The notes: generated by a model not told the origin, from the letters alone. Shown: positions 42,199 to 52,956, counted from the stretch's first letter. The stretch: DNA of 64,000 nt from an uncultured delta proteobacterium (GCA_963761335.1 CAVXGR010000007.1:1-64000), one strand, 5' to 3'. Made by a program: numbers and translations.

Positions 42199-44964
42199 GT
42201 GTGGCGAGTGTATCGATGGCGGCGGTCCGAGGCACACTTGCCGCGTCAAACTGCACGAACACGAGGGTCGCTTGACCGAGAGCGCGCCGCGCCGACAGTG
42301 CTGCCAGAAGCACGTGAGGCACGATCGCAATCTGCGCGCAGTCGGCTCTTGACGGTCGCGCTCGTGCTCGCGGCCGCCGCCGGCGTCGCGTGGATTCGGA
42401 TCCTCCCGCTCTCGTTGGAGTCCGTGGCTCCCGCGCTGCGCGGGCAGTTGGAGTACCACGGCGATGACGGCCGTGCCCACGTGTTCCTCGGCGATCTCGA
42501 CAGCTACGTATGGCTGAGGAATGCACGAAATTATCTGCGCACCGGTACGACATGCGATTCCGTTGTCGGTGGGCAGTGTCGCGATCTGTACACCAACGCA
42601 CCGGTCGGGGTTCAGATGCGTTACAACCGATCGTTGCACATCGCGGCAATCATCGCCGTGCATCGATTGTTGACGACTTTCCGGCCCGGCTATCCCCTGG
42701 CGGCCAGCGCCTATTGGGTGCCGGTCGTCATTGGGACGCTGGGTGTGCTGCCGGCATTTGCCGTCGGCTGGCAACTCGCGGGTGTGCTGGGAGGCCTGTG
42801 TAGCGCGCTGGTGTGCGCGCTCGACCCGATGTTCCTCTATCGCAGCGCCGGCAGCGACAATGACGTCTGGAACGTCGTGCTGCCGTTGTACATGGTGTGG
42901 GCGGTGCTGGCCGCCTTGTCCGCCGCCGGGCGCCGCCGGCAGATCGCTTACGCCCTCCTCGCGGGGGGCTGCACCGGACTCTATGCGGCCACCTGGGACG
43001 GGTGGGTGTTCACCTATGGAGTGTTACTCGCCGGACTCCTTTTGTACGTGGTGATGCGAGCGGCGCGCTACGTGCGCCGCACCGGCTCCACCCGTTTCTG
43101 GGAAGACGCGTCCGTCACCCGAGCTGGAGTCGTCCTGCTGACGTTCTATATCGGGGCAGGCGTGGTCACGACGCTGGCGCGGTGGGACAACGCCTATTTC
43201 GCCGTGCCGCTCCAACGGATGACCTCGATCCTGCACGGCGAGCCGATCACCGGTACGCGGCACGATCCCGACGATGTGTGGCCGGATGTCTTCGCGACGG
43301 TTGGTGAGCTCAAGCACCCCACTCTCAGCGGCATCGCCGCCGAGTTGGGCGGCAATGCGTTCTTCTTCAGCGGCTGGCTGGGGATGTTGGTGCTCGTCTT
43401 GCCGCGTCGGCGATGGCAGTGGTGGCACTTCCTCATATTGATCGGTGGAAACTATTTGTACCGGTATCTGCTGACTGCACCGAGCGTCGGGCGCACGCTC
43501 TTGATCGCACTGCTCGCGCTGCCGGTGGCAACGACCATGCTGCTCTACGTGATGGCAGACAGCGATTCCGGTGAATCGGATCAGGGATTGGGACTGATCG
43601 TCGTCGTCTGGTTCCTCGCGTCGCTGCTGGTCTCCTACGGCGGACGGCGTTACGTCATGCTGGCAGTGCCGCCGTTTGCGATCGCGTTTGCCGTCGCGGT
43701 CGGAAGGCTGCAGCAATGGCTCGCATCGCGGATCGTTGCGCTCGCGATCCCGTGGGCGGCAGTTGTGCGTGCGCTCGTCACCCTGGTGCTCGCCGCCGTG
43801 ATCATTCGTCCGGTGCAGCGGGGCTACGCAGCGGCACGCTCCTACGTTCCACAAATGAACCAGGCGTGGTGGACGATCCTCACCCGGTTGCGCGACGAAT
43901 CTCCTCCAGACGCCATCATCCATGCCTGGTGGGACTACGGTTACTGGATCAAGTACGTTGCGGAGAGGCGAGTGAGCGCCGACGGCGGTTCGCTGGCGAC
44001 GCACATTCCGTATTGGCTTGGACGGGCATTGGTTGCTACGGACGAGGGCGAGAGCGTCGGCATCTTCCGCATGCTCGACTGCGGCTCGGATGCGACACCG
44101 GAACCGGAGGGTCAGCAGGGGGCATACGGAAAGCTGCTCAAGTACGGACGCGACGCGATCGCGGCGCAATCCATGGTCGTCGCGCTGGCGTCGCTCGATC
44201 GAGCGGCCGCAGAGACCTACCTGGCCGCGAAGGGTATGGATGCGGCAGGGGCTGATGACATCCTGGCATCGACCCATTGCCAGCCGCCGCCCGCATACCT
44301 CGTGTTGACCAGCGACCAGATAGCGGCGCCGGCCTGGCAATTCTTCGGAAGCTGGGACCTGCGTCGCGCCTATGTCGCCCACCACACGCGTTTCCTTCCC
44401 GAAGACGCAGCGTTTGCCGAGTTGACCGGCGTGCTCGGTTACGAGCCGGAGCGCGCGCGTGACATCTATGATGCGGCGCACAGGTTGCGTTCCGACGCCG
44501 CGGTGCGTCGCTTCATTGCGGGCGACCACGTGGCGCCGGCATGGGCGTCCTGCACGCGTCCGGGCGATGGAAGCCTCGTTTGTCCCATCACAACCGGAAC
44601 AGCCCCGCAGACACTGATTGCCTCGCTGGCCTCTCCGGCCGATACACGCATCCGTTTCGGGGGCTCCGGCGGTTCTAAGCAGTATGTCGATCGTACTCCC
44701 GGCGTGGTTCTGGTCGCCGGTGCGGCCGGAATCGAGGAGGTTCCAGTTTCTTCACCGACTCAGCCGCAGCTGGGCGTGCTCATCGATGCCACACGCGACC
44801 GCGTGCTGGTCGGAACGCCGCAGATCCTGCGCTCGGTCTTCACGCAGTTGATGTTTCTCGACGGGCGCTACCTGCGCGACTTCGAGAAGTACAGTGAACA
44901 GACGGGCTTTCGCGGCGAGCGAGTTGTTGCGTGGAAGATCCGCTGGCCGCAGTCGTCTGAGTGA
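42199..44964 (+). CDS. STT3/AglB/PglB-family oligosaccharyltransferase
   Basis: Multi-TM N-terminal part with DLDSY, DND and TVGEL; catalytic-family motif WWDYG followed by ADGG. Start uncertain. Confidence 0.9.
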   Translation: MWRVYRWRRSEAHLPRQTARTRGSLDRERAAPTVLPEAREARSQSARSRLLTVALVLAAAAGVAWIRILPLSLESVAPALRGQLEYHGDDGRAHVFLGDLDSYVWLRNARNYLRTGTTCDSVVGGQCRDLYTNAPVGVQMRYNRSLHIAAIIAVHRLLTTFRPGYPLAASAYWVPVVIGTLGVLPAFAVGWQLAGVLGGLCSALVCALDPMFLYRSAGSDNDVWNVVLPLYMVWAVLAALSAAGRRRQIAYALLAGGCTGLYAATWDGWVFTYGVLLAGLLLYVVMRAARYVRRTGSTRFWEDASVTRAGVVLLTFYIGAGVVTTLARWDNAYFAVPLQRMTSILHGEPITGTRHDPDDVWPDVFATVGELKHPTLSGIAAELGGNAFFFSGWLGMLVLVLPRRRWQWWHFLILIGGNYLYRYLLTAPSVGRTLLIALLALPVATTMLLYVMADSDSGESDQGLGLIVVVWFLASLLVSYGGRRYVMLAVPPFAIAFAVAVGRLQQWLASRIVALAIPWAAVVRALVTLVLAAVIIRPVQRGYAAARSYVPQMNQAWWTILTRLRDESPPDAIIHAWWDYGYWIKYVAERRVSADGGSLATHIPYWLGRALVATDEGESVGIFRMLDCGSDATPEPEGQQGAYGKLLKYGRDAIAAQSMVVALASLDRAAAETYLAAKGMDAAGADDILASTHCQPPPAYLVLTSDQIAAPAWQFFGSWDLRRAYVAHHTRFLPEDAAFAELTGVLGYEPERARDIYDAAHRLRSDAAVRRFIAGDHVAPAWASCTRPGDGSLVCPITTGTAPQTLIASLASPADTRIRFGGSGGSKQYVDRTPGVVLVAGAAGIEEVPVSSPTQPQLGVLIDATRDRVLVGTPQILRSVFTQLMFLDGRYLRDFEKYSEQTGFRGERVVAWKIRWPQSSE

Positions 44965-44987
44965 TGGCCGGTGCGGCCAGTTCTACG

Positions 44988-46124
44988 CTACGTGCTCGAT
45001 GAGTCTGAGGCCCCGCGCCGCCGCAGCGAGACGGCGGCGATGAACAGCAACCCGATGACCACCGCGACCAACCCGGTGAGCGTGACAACCGGTGCGGCAC
45101 TTCCGATCATGGTTGCCGGTCCGCCCGGATCTTGAATCCTGCCGGAGATGTCCGTGGCGTCGCCGAGCTGGCCGTCCACCAGCGTATAAGTCACCATGTT
45201 GCCGGAAAACTGCGTGTCCTGCGGGGGAGTCGATGGCAAGGTGTAGAACGTCGCGGTCGAGTTGGTCCCCATCGGACCATATTTGCGGTAGACGAAGGTC
45301 TCGAGGTCGCCGGCGTCGTGATAGATCAGCTTCTCGCTTGAGCTGAGGCAGGGCGCCCCAAAGCAGTTGGGGCCGTTGCACACGGTATATTCGAGCAAGC
45401 CGAACGGATAGTCATAGTGCGGGTCGTTGCCGAGGCCGGCTTCCGACAACGCCGTAACGCCAAAGTTCTGCGAGCAAGAGCTCACGAGTGTGACGCAGCC
45501 GCGTCCGGTTGCCGTCGGCAAAGACGTTACGTTCGGCTCGTCTTTGTCCGCAGTGCCGTCGCCGTCGCCGTCGCCCGGCGGCAGTGAGCTGTTCAACGAC
45601 GGGCAGGCATCTTCGACGGCATCGGGTACCCCGTCGCCGTCACCATCCGATGGAAGGCCGCAGTTGGAAGCAAAGCTCGGGACGTAACCGCTCGCGCAGT
45701 TGATGACGAGATCTGCTGTCGTCCCGGAAGCGCATTCCTGGCCCAGGCAGAATGCGCACTCGGGGTTCGGGGCGAGGAGGGTGGATAAGTCTGGGCAGAC
45801 CGACAAAATGCAGCTCTCGAACTCGGGTCCCTGAGGGAGATTCGCGCAGGGATAGCCAGGGTCGGGGAATGACGCGAACGCACAGTTTATAACGCGTGCG
45901 GCATAGTCCTGGCTCTGGTCATCTTCGGTGCCATTGTTACATGCGAGCTTGCATTCGGGCTGGCAAACTCCCCCGGGGCTGCCGAACGTCGCACCGGCAT
46001 CGGCCGTGCGATCGGCGCGCACCAGCGAGAAGAGCGTTGTCGCGAGGGCGATCGCGGTCAGCAGCACCCATACGCCGCGGTTCTGAGGATCTGTCTTCCT
46101 GAAGCCGAAACGCACCGGCGCCAA
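44988..46124 (-). CDS. Secreted Cys-rich surface protein with a choice-of-anchor-U-like domain and an IPTL-CTERM-like tail
   Basis: YPFGLLEYTV, YRKYGP and LVDGQLGD..RIQDPGGP; tail APVVTLTGL + TM + RRR. Confidence 0.75.
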   Translation of the reverse strand: MAPVRFGFRKTDPQNRGVWVLLTAIALATTLFSLVRADRTADAGATFGSPGGVCQPECKLACNNGTEDDQSQDYAARVINCAFASFPDPGYPCANLPQGPEFESCILSVCPDLSTLLAPNPECAFCLGQECASGTTADLVINCASGYVPSFASNCGLPSDGDGDGVPDAVEDACPSLNSSLPPGDGDGDGTADKDEPNVTSLPTATGRGCVTLVSSCSQNFGVTALSEAGLGNDPHYDYPFGLLEYTVCNGPNCFGAPCLSSSEKLIYHDAGDLETFVYRKYGPMGTNSTATFYTLPSTPPQDTQFSGNMVTYTLVDGQLGDATDISGRIQDPGGPATMIGSAAPVVTLTGLVAVVIGLLFIAAVSLRRRGASDSSST

Positions 46125-46210
46125 ATACCATAAGCCGCCCCCGGAAGTCTATTGCTTCGGGGCTCGCGAGAATTGACCCAGCCCTGCTCGTCAGAAATGA
46201 CCGGTCAGTG

Positions 46211-46464
46211 GTGTCCTGTTCCCCAGCGGCGGATGTTGACAAGCGCGATTGGCTCGTCATTCCGGTCGCTGCGGGCGTGGACTCCCTCTCCCGCATTGCC
46301 GGCGGGAGAGGGCTGGGGTGAGGGCGCCGATCTTTGAATGCCGCGCAGATCCGCCAGCTTTCAGTGAAGAAGGATCCCTCTCCTTGTTCCTCTCCCGCCG
46401 GCGATGCGGGAGAGGAGACCTGGCGCGCGCGCACGGAAACAAGCGCGGAAGTCGAATTAGACAG
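46211..46464. mobile_element. MITE-like element, copy 4
   Basis: GTGTCCT..TTAGACAG-TA; internal sequence homologous to 56496-56738 and 22931-23200. Confidence 0.7.
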
Positions 46465-46655
46465 TACCAAATGTGACCCAGCGCCGTTGACGTGAAGTCA
46501 GGGGCGCGTCCAAGCCAAGACCGCGAAATCGCTGAATCGCTTGCCGCCTCGATTGCGACCCCAAAATCGCGCGCCCAAGGCTGAAAAAGCGCCCGATTTC
46601 GATGCAAAGCGCAATGATGTCGAGATGCTTACCGAGGTCCGACCCCGATCCTTAC

Positions 46656-47753
46656 CTACGCGGCGGGCTGATATCCGCACCACGGATCGCTGGCGAGCCA
46701 GTTCCCGGTCAAGGCGTAGGCGCGCGAGCGCGAGCCGCCGCAGATCGAGCGATACTCGCAGCGGCGGCAGCGGCCGCGCAGGGCATCGGGGTCGCGCAGC
46801 ACGCGGAACAGCGGCGAGTCGCGGTAGATCTCGGCGATTGGCTGGAAGCGCACGTTGCCGGCCGACACCGGCAGAAAGCCGCTCGGGAAGACCTCGCCGG
46901 TATGGGAGACGAAGGCGAAGCCCTTGCCGGCGTTCACCCCGCGGGGAGCCAGGCCGACGGTGCGGCCCGGGCCCTCCGAGCGCCGCAGAAGCTCGGGCAT
47001 GGCGCGCAAACCACCGCCCTCGCTCTGCTCCGCCTCGCGTTCGGCAACCAGGCGGCGGTAGTGCGGCGCCTCGGTCACCTTGACGATGAAGCTCGAGCGC
47101 TTCTGCACCCGATAGATGATCTCGAAGAGCTCCTCACAGCGCTCGGCAGAAAGCCCGCCCAGATCCGTGCCGCGACCGACGGGGACCAGGAAGAAGACCT
47201 CCCAGAAGACGATCCCCAGGCGCTCGACGAGGGCCGCCATCTCCTCGAAGTACGGGGCCGAGCGGCCGCAGACCGTGGTGTTGATCTGCAGCGGCAGACC
47301 GCACTCGTGCGCCCACTCGACCGCCGCCATGGTGCGCCCGAAGGCGCCGGGAACGCCGCGAAAGGCGTCGTGCAGCTCGGCCCGGGGAAAGTCCAGGCTG
47401 AGCGCCATCTGATCGAGCCCCACATCCTTGAGGCTCTTCACCACTCCGGAGGTGAGCATCGGCGTCGCCGCGGGGATGGTACCGATGCGCAGCCCCACCT
47501 CCTTCCCCCGCGAGATCAGGCGGAGGAGGTCGGGGCGCTTGAGGGGATCGCCGCCACTCAGGATGAAGACCGGCGTCCCCATGGCCGCCACGTCCTCGAG
47601 CAGCTTCTCCCCCTCCGCTGTCGACAGCTCGGCGGGATGCCTGTAGGGCTGCGCCGAGGCACGGCAGTGATGACAGGCGAGGTCACACGACTGCGTCGTC
47701 TCCCAGATCACCAGGAACGGCGCGCGGGCAAAATCCACGACGGGATGCGGCAT
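46656..47753 (-). CDS. Radical SAM/SPASM protein (TIGR04053, NirJ/Ahb-like)
   Basis: PFLVIWETTQSCDLACHHC, SGGDP, GVNAGKG and CRRCEYRSICGGSRSRA..DPWC motifs. Confidence 0.9.
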   Translation of the reverse strand: MPHPVVDFARAPFLVIWETTQSCDLACHHCRASAQPYRHPAELSTAEGEKLLEDVAAMGTPVFILSGGDPLKRPDLLRLISRGKEVGLRIGTIPAATPMLTSGVVKSLKDVGLDQMALSLDFPRAELHDAFRGVPGAFGRTMAAVEWAHECGLPLQINTTVCGRSAPYFEEMAALVERLGIVFWEVFFLVPVGRGTDLGGLSAERCEELFEIIYRVQKRSSFIVKVTEAPHYRRLVAEREAEQSEGGGLRAMPELLRRSEGPGRTVGLAPRGVNAGKGFAFVSHTGEVFPSGFLPVSAGNVRFQPIAEIYRDSPLFRVLRDPDALRGRCRRCEYRSICGGSRSRAYALTGNWLASDPWCGYQPAA

Positions 47754-47927
47754 GGTCGGTCGCTATTGCACGATGCATACCGCACGCGATCCCGCTACTG
47801 CCCCACCGAGGCAGACCGAGTCTTTCTCAAAATCGGGAATAGGCTCCGAGACCCGCTTGGAGACTCCTCTTCTACCCCAACACCCAACCCCTCAACCTCC
47901 AACACCTCGCCCGGCACCTCGCTCTGA

Positions 47928-48332
47928 TCAGATCACCGAGGGCAGAGAAACATGCTGCTGCACCAGCAGCCAGCGGTCCCCGCGGCGTTCGAGAACCGCT
48001 GTCAGCCGCCCGTGCAGGGAAACCGGCTCGCCGCTGAGCGAGGTGTGAATGCGGCAACGAGCCGCCGCCCACGCCACCTCTGCGCGGGCCCGCACGCTCA
48101 CCGGCCCGAGCTCCATGCGCACCCGGCCGGAGCCGTCGAAGTCGTGCTGATAGGCATCGCGAATCGCCTGCACGCCAACACACCACTCCTCGGTGGTCGA
48201 GCCGACCAGCAAGATATCGGCATCACCGGCGTACAGCGACATGATCTGTTCGAGGTCGTGCCGCCGGTAGGCGGTCACGAGCGCCGTCAGGACCTCGCAG
48301 ACGGCGGTGTCGACCTGCATCTCTGCTCTCAT
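47928..48332 (-). CDS. SnoaL/NTF2-like protein
   Basis: AYRRHDLE..GRLTAVLERRGDRWLLVQQHVS pattern. Confidence 0.8.
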   Translation of the reverse strand: MRAEMQVDTAVCEVLTALVTAYRRHDLEQIMSLYAGDADILLVGSTTEEWCVGVQAIRDAYQHDFDGSGRVRMELGPVSVRARAEVAWAAARCRIHTSLSGEPVSLHGRLTAVLERRGDRWLLVQQHVSLPSVI

Positions 48333-48603
48333 TTCGTCCTCTCCGCCCACCCCCGGGCCCGCTTCAGCCGGGCCGGTCTGTGGGCAACTGCTCGCCCACT
48401 CGATGCCATGAGCAATCGACGCGCCAATTGCGGCGGGCGGCCGGCCGCATGCGGCAGCGCCGCTCCTGCCAGGTGACCTTTGTGACACAATCGGCGAAAG
48501 CGTTGGCGATAGTGAGCCGGGTCTGCTCGGGTTCACGAGCGTGGCGACGGCGCGCTTGCGCGGCGGTGCCGAGTGGCACACGCTGCCACCTCGGGAGGCG
48601 CAG

Positions 48604-49431
48604 ATGGGCAACTTCGAGAGGGACACCGCGCTCGAGGGCGGCAACGGGCGCTATCGCGCCGTTCTCTCGCGCGACTGGGAGATCTGGGGTCCGAACGGCG
48701 GCTACCTGGCGGCGATCGCTCTGCGGGCCGCCGGCTGCGAAACGGCGGCGGGGCGACCGGCGAGCTTTGCGGCGCACTATCTGTCGGTGGCGCGCTTCGA
48801 GCCCGTCGACCTCGATGTCGAGGTGCTGCGACGCGGTCGTCGCGCCGCGTCTATGCGGGTGTCGATGTCCCAGGAGGGCCGCCGCATCCTCGAGGCGATC
48901 GTGTGGACGGCGAACGTGGCCGAGGGGCTCGAGCACGAGACGGCGCAGCCGCCCGAAGTGCCCCGTCCCGGCGCCCTGAAGAACGTCGAAGAGCTGCGCG
49001 GCGAGGACGCCGAGCCGCGCTTCCGCTTCTGGGACAACCTGGAGACGCGGCCCACGGTGTGGCACGCGCAGGATCCGCCGCCCCCCGGCCCCCCGATCCA
49101 GCGCGCCTGGTACCGCTTCCGGCCGCAGGCCACCTTCGCCGACCCGTTCGTCGACGCCGGACGCGCCCTGCTGCTGATCGACACCCTCATCTGGCCCGCC
49201 GCCTGGCATCACCACGTCCCGCAGGACTACTACGCTCCCAACCTCGACGTGGTCGCCTGGTTCCACCAGCCGTTCAGCGGCGACGAGTGGCTGATGGGCG
49301 ATGCCGAAGCGCCCATCGGCAAAGCCGGCCTCATCGGCGGCACGACGCGCATCTGGACCGCCGACGGCCGCCTCGTGGCCTCCGGCGGCGCGCAGCTGAT
49401 GTGCGTCTCCAGCAAGGCATTTCAGGCGTAG
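48604..49431 (+). CDS. Acyl-CoA thioesterase (TesB-like double hotdog) family protein
   Basis: WGPNGGYLAA, LRRGR and IWTADGRLVASG motifs. Confidence 0.85.
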   Translation: MGNFERDTALEGGNGRYRAVLSRDWEIWGPNGGYLAAIALRAAGCETAAGRPASFAAHYLSVARFEPVDLDVEVLRRGRRAASMRVSMSQEGRRILEAIVWTANVAEGLEHETAQPPEVPRPGALKNVEELRGEDAEPRFRFWDNLETRPTVWHAQDPPPPGPPIQRAWYRFRPQATFADPFVDAGRALLLIDTLIWPAAWHHHVPQDYYAPNLDVVAWFHQPFSGDEWLMGDAEAPIGKAGLIGGTTRIWTADGRLVASGGAQLMCVSSKAFQA

Positions 49432-49518
49432 CCGCCGGTCGTCCTCCCGGCGCTGAACAGCCGGTCTCGACTTCACCGGCAGCAACGGTCACAATCGGAA
49501 CCTACGGCTGGAGCGGAA

Positions 49519-50298
49519 ATGGACGGGCCAACGATTTACCGATTCGCCGATGCCGAGCAGGCGTGCCGCGGCGCGGCCGAGGAGTTCGAGCGCACCGGGC
49601 GCGAGGCTATGGGACGCTCGGGACACTTCACCGTGGCGCTCTCCGGAGGCTCGAGCCCGCGGCGCATGTACGAGATGCTCGCCGAGCCGCCGCTGCGCGA
49701 GCGCCTGGACTGGAGCGCCATCGACATTTTCTGGAGCGACGAGCGGCCGGTGCCGCCGTCCCATCCGGAGTCGAACTACCGCATGGCGCGCGAGGCGCTC
49801 CTCGGCAGAGTCCCGCTCGGCGATGGCCATGTGCACCGCATCGAGGCCGAGGCGGCGGACCGCGACGCTGCGGCGCGCAACTACGCCGCCGAGATCGCCC
49901 GCGTCTTCCACACCTCGCCGACCGCCGAGCCGCCGCGCTTCGATCTGGTGCTTCTCGGCATGGGCGCCGACGGACACACCGCCTCGCTCTTTCCGCACAC
50001 CGCCAGCCTGGACGAACAGAAACACTGGGTGGTGGTCAATCGGGTGCCCCAGCTCGACACCGAGCGCTTCACCATGACCGTGCCGATCATCAACAGCGGC
50101 CACTGCGTGCTCTTCCTGGTCACCGGAGCCGAGAAGGCCGGAGCGCTGGCCGCCGTACTCGAGGGCCCCGCGGATCCGCAGCGGCTGCCGGCGCAGCTCA
50201 TCCGCCCCGCCGGCCGCTTGGTCTTCTACATCGACCAAGCCGCCGGCGCGCGGCTGAGCCGCGTGCCAATCGAGGACGCCGCGGCGGCGGGCGCGTGA
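49519..50298 (+). CDS. pgl: 6-phosphogluconolactonase
   Basis: ALSGGSSP, DERPVP..SNY and LGMGADGHTASLFP motifs. Confidence 0.95.
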   Translation: MDGPTIYRFADAEQACRGAAEEFERTGREAMGRSGHFTVALSGGSSPRRMYEMLAEPPLRERLDWSAIDIFWSDERPVPPSHPESNYRMAREALLGRVPLGDGHVHRIEAEAADRDAAARNYAAEIARVFHTSPTAEPPRFDLVLLGMGADGHTASLFPHTASLDEQKHWVVVNRVPQLDTERFTMTVPIINSGHCVLFLVTGAEKAGALAAVLEGPADPQRLPAQLIRPAGRLVFYIDQAAGARLSRVPIEDAAAAGA

Positions 50299-51290
50299 TC
50301 CTCGCCGGAGACATCGGCGGCACCAAGGTGGTGCTGGCGCTCTACGAGGAGAGCGGCGGCGCCGTGACCATGCGCCGAGAGCAGACCTTCGCGAGCCGCG
50401 AGCACGCCACCTTCGACGAGGTGCTGGCGGCGTTTCTCGGCGATCCGCGTGCACCGCTGCGCGGCGCCTGCATCGCCGTCGCCGGCCCGGTGATCGACGG
50501 GCGCTGCGAAACCACCAACCTGCCATGGGTGCTCGACGAGAAAGAGCTGGCGGAACGCCTACACGTGCCACGCGTCAAGCTGCTCAACGACATCGAAGGG
50601 GCGGCCATCGGCATGCTGACCCTGCCGCCGAATGAGCTCTGCGCGCTGAACCGCGGCGCCGGCCGCCGCGATCGCAACGCCGGCGTGATCTCCACCGGGA
50701 CGGGGCTCGGCGAAGCGATCCTCTATTGGGACGGCACGGCACACCATCCGATCGCCTCCGAGGGCGGTCACGGCGATTTCGCGCCGCACTCCGACCAGGA
50801 GATCGAGCTGCTGCGCTACCTGCGCGCCCGAGAGGGCGGCCACGTCAGCTACGAGCGGGTGGTCTCCGGCCCGGGCATCGCCAACGTCTACGGCTTTCTC
50901 CGCGACAGCGGCTACGCTGCGGAGCCCGAGTGGCTGCGCCAGGAGATTGCCGCCGGCGACCCCGCGGCGGTCATCTCCCAGCATGCCCTGAGCGGCGAGC
51001 CGCCGCTGTGCCGCGCGGCGCTGGACCTCTTCTGCGCGGCGCTCGGCGCCGAAGCCGGCAACCTGGCGTTGCGCGCCGTCGCCACCGCCGGCGTCTTCGT
51101 CGGCGGTGGAATCCCGCCGAAGATCCTGCCGCTCCTGCAGTCGGGGAGCTTCATGCGGGCCTTCGTCGCCAAGGGGCGCTTCGAGTCGCTGTTGCGAGAC
51201 GTGTCGGTCGACGTGGTTCTCAACCCGCGCACGCCGCTGCTCGGGGCGGCCCATTTCGCCCTGCGTCTCACCGGTGCCGGGCACGCGTGA
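50295..51290 (+). CDS. glk: Glucokinase
   Basis: GTG overlaps the pgl stop; LAGDIGGT, TNLPW, LLND, GTGLG, SEGGH and ERVVSG motifs. Confidence 0.95.
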   Translation: MILAGDIGGTKVVLALYEESGGAVTMRREQTFASREHATFDEVLAAFLGDPRAPLRGACIAVAGPVIDGRCETTNLPWVLDEKELAERLHVPRVKLLNDIEGAAIGMLTLPPNELCALNRGAGRRDRNAGVISTGTGLGEAILYWDGTAHHPIASEGGHGDFAPHSDQEIELLRYLRAREGGHVSYERVVSGPGIANVYGFLRDSGYAAEPEWLRQEIAAGDPAAVISQHALSGEPPLCRAALDLFCAALGAEAGNLALRAVATAGVFVGGGIPPKILPLLQSGSFMRAFVAKGRFESLLRDVSVDVVLNPRTPLLGAAHFALRLTGAGHA

Positions 51291-51413
51291 TCGACGATCC
51301 AGAAAGTATTTTCGTCGTTCCCAGCTCTCATTCCCGGTTCTCATCCCGTCGTTTTCCATTCGCTCTGACAGGCGCGAGTAAGCCCAGCGATGAGAGCGAT
51401 CAAGGAGATCCCC

Positions 51414-52949
51414 ATGACGCAACCGACGAGCGCCGAGCCGCTGCTCCTTCCCGATGACGAGTACAACCAGCAGCTCCTCGCCAATGCCCATCCGCCGCAA
51501 TGGGCGAACCCGAAGCCGGCGCGGCGCTACAATCTCGTGGTCATCGGCGCCGGCACCGCGGGCCTGGTCACGGCGGCGGGCGCCGCCGGCCTCGGCGCCA
51601 AGGTGGCGCTCGTCGAGCGGCAGCTGATGGGCGGCGACTGCCTGAACGTCGGCTGCGTTCCCTCGAAATGCATGATCGCCTCGTCGCGGGTCGCCGCCGG
51701 CGCGCGAGGTGCGGAAGCCTACGGCGTTCGCGTGCCCCTCGGAGTCGAGGCCGATTTCGCCGCGGTCATGCAGCGCATGCGCCGCCTGCGCGCCCGCATC
51801 AGCGACAACGACTCGGCGGCGCGTTTCGCCGGCAAGCTGGGCGTCGACGTCTTCATCGGCGACGGCCGCTTCGCCGGCCCGGGGGCGGTCGAGGTGGGCG
51901 GACAGACGCTGCGCTTCAGCCGCGCCGTGATCGCCACCGGCGCGCGGCCGGCGCGCCCGCCGATCCCCGGGCTCGCCGCCGCCGGGTTCCTCACCAACGA
52001 GACTGTCTTCTGGCTCACCGAGCGCCCGCGCCGCCTCGCCGTCATCGGCGCCGGGCCCATCGGCTGCGAGCTGTCACAGGCCTTCCACCGCCTCGGCAGC
52101 AAGGTCACCATCATCGAGGCGGGCACGCACTTCCTGCCGCGCGAGGATCCCGACGCCGCCGGCATTCTCGCCGAGCGCTTCCGCCGCGAGGGGATCGACG
52201 TGCGCCTCGGCACCTCGGTCAAGGAGGTGTCGGTCAGCGGGGCAGAGAAGCTCCTCCATCTCCGCGGCGACGGCGGCGATCAGGTGCTGGCGGCGGACGA
52301 GATCCTGGTCGGCACCGGACGAGCGCCGAACGTCGAGGGGCTGGGGCTCGAGGCGATCGGCGTGACCTGCGGCGACCGCGGCGTCGACGTGGACGATTAC
52401 CTGCGCACCAGCAACCCGCGCGTCTACGCCTGCGGCGACGTCTGCCTCTCGTACAAGTTCACCCACATCGCCGATTTCAGCGCCCGCATCGTCATCCAGA
52501 ACGCCCTCTTCTTCGGCCGCCAGAAGCTGAGCGCCCTCAACGTCCCCTGGTGCACGTACACCGATCCGGAGATCGCTCACGTCGGCATGTACGAAGGCGA
52601 GGCGCGACAGCGCGGCATGGAGGTCAGCACCTTCACGCAGCCACTGCACGACGTGGATCGCGCCATCGCCGATGGGGAGGAGGAGGGCTTCGTCAAGATC
52701 CATGTGAAGAAGGGCAGCGATCAGATCCTCGGCGCCACCGTGGTTGCGGCGCACGCCGGCGAGATGATCAGCGAGATCAGCGTGGCCATGGCGGCCAAGA
52801 TGGGGCTCGGCGCTCTCGCCCGCGTCATCCACCCGTATCCGACGCAGGCGGAGGCCATCCGCAAGCTTGGCGACGCCTACAACCGCACTCGCCTGACGCC
52901 CGGGGTGAAGCGGCTCTTCAAGGGGCTGCTGGCGCTGCGCCGGCGGTGA
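51414..52949 (+). CDS. Pyridine nucleotide-disulfide oxidoreductase (mercuric-reductase-like, lacking the MerA C-terminal Cys pair)
   Basis: GGDCLNVGCVPSK, GAGPIGCE and HPYPT motifs; AAGGAG RBS. Confidence 0.85.
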   Translation: MTQPTSAEPLLLPDDEYNQQLLANAHPPQWANPKPARRYNLVVIGAGTAGLVTAAGAAGLGAKVALVERQLMGGDCLNVGCVPSKCMIASSRVAAGARGAEAYGVRVPLGVEADFAAVMQRMRRLRARISDNDSAARFAGKLGVDVFIGDGRFAGPGAVEVGGQTLRFSRAVIATGARPARPPIPGLAAAGFLTNETVFWLTERPRRLAVIGAGPIGCELSQAFHRLGSKVTIIEAGTHFLPREDPDAAGILAERFRREGIDVRLGTSVKEVSVSGAEKLLHLRGDGGDQVLAADEILVGTGRAPNVEGLGLEAIGVTCGDRGVDVDDYLRTSNPRVYACGDVCLSYKFTHIADFSARIVIQNALFFGRQKLSALNVPWCTYTDPEIAHVGMYEGEARQRGMEVSTFTQPLHDVDRAIADGEEEGFVKIHVKKGSDQILGATVVAAHAGEMISEISVAMAAKMGLGALARVIHPYPTQAEAIRKLGDAYNRTRLTPGVKRLFKGLLALRRR

Positions 52950-52956
52950 GGCGCGG

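Noticed and set aside
48573..50294. 905-aa glucokinase fusion (and similarly the 725-aa ltaE ORF)
   Set aside because: The extensions are alternative frames over the thioesterase/pgl and UbiB genes, a high-GC open-frame effect.
51390..52949. True mercuric reductase merA
   Set aside because: No C-terminal Cys-Cys, no N-terminal metal-binding domain and no mer operon genes.
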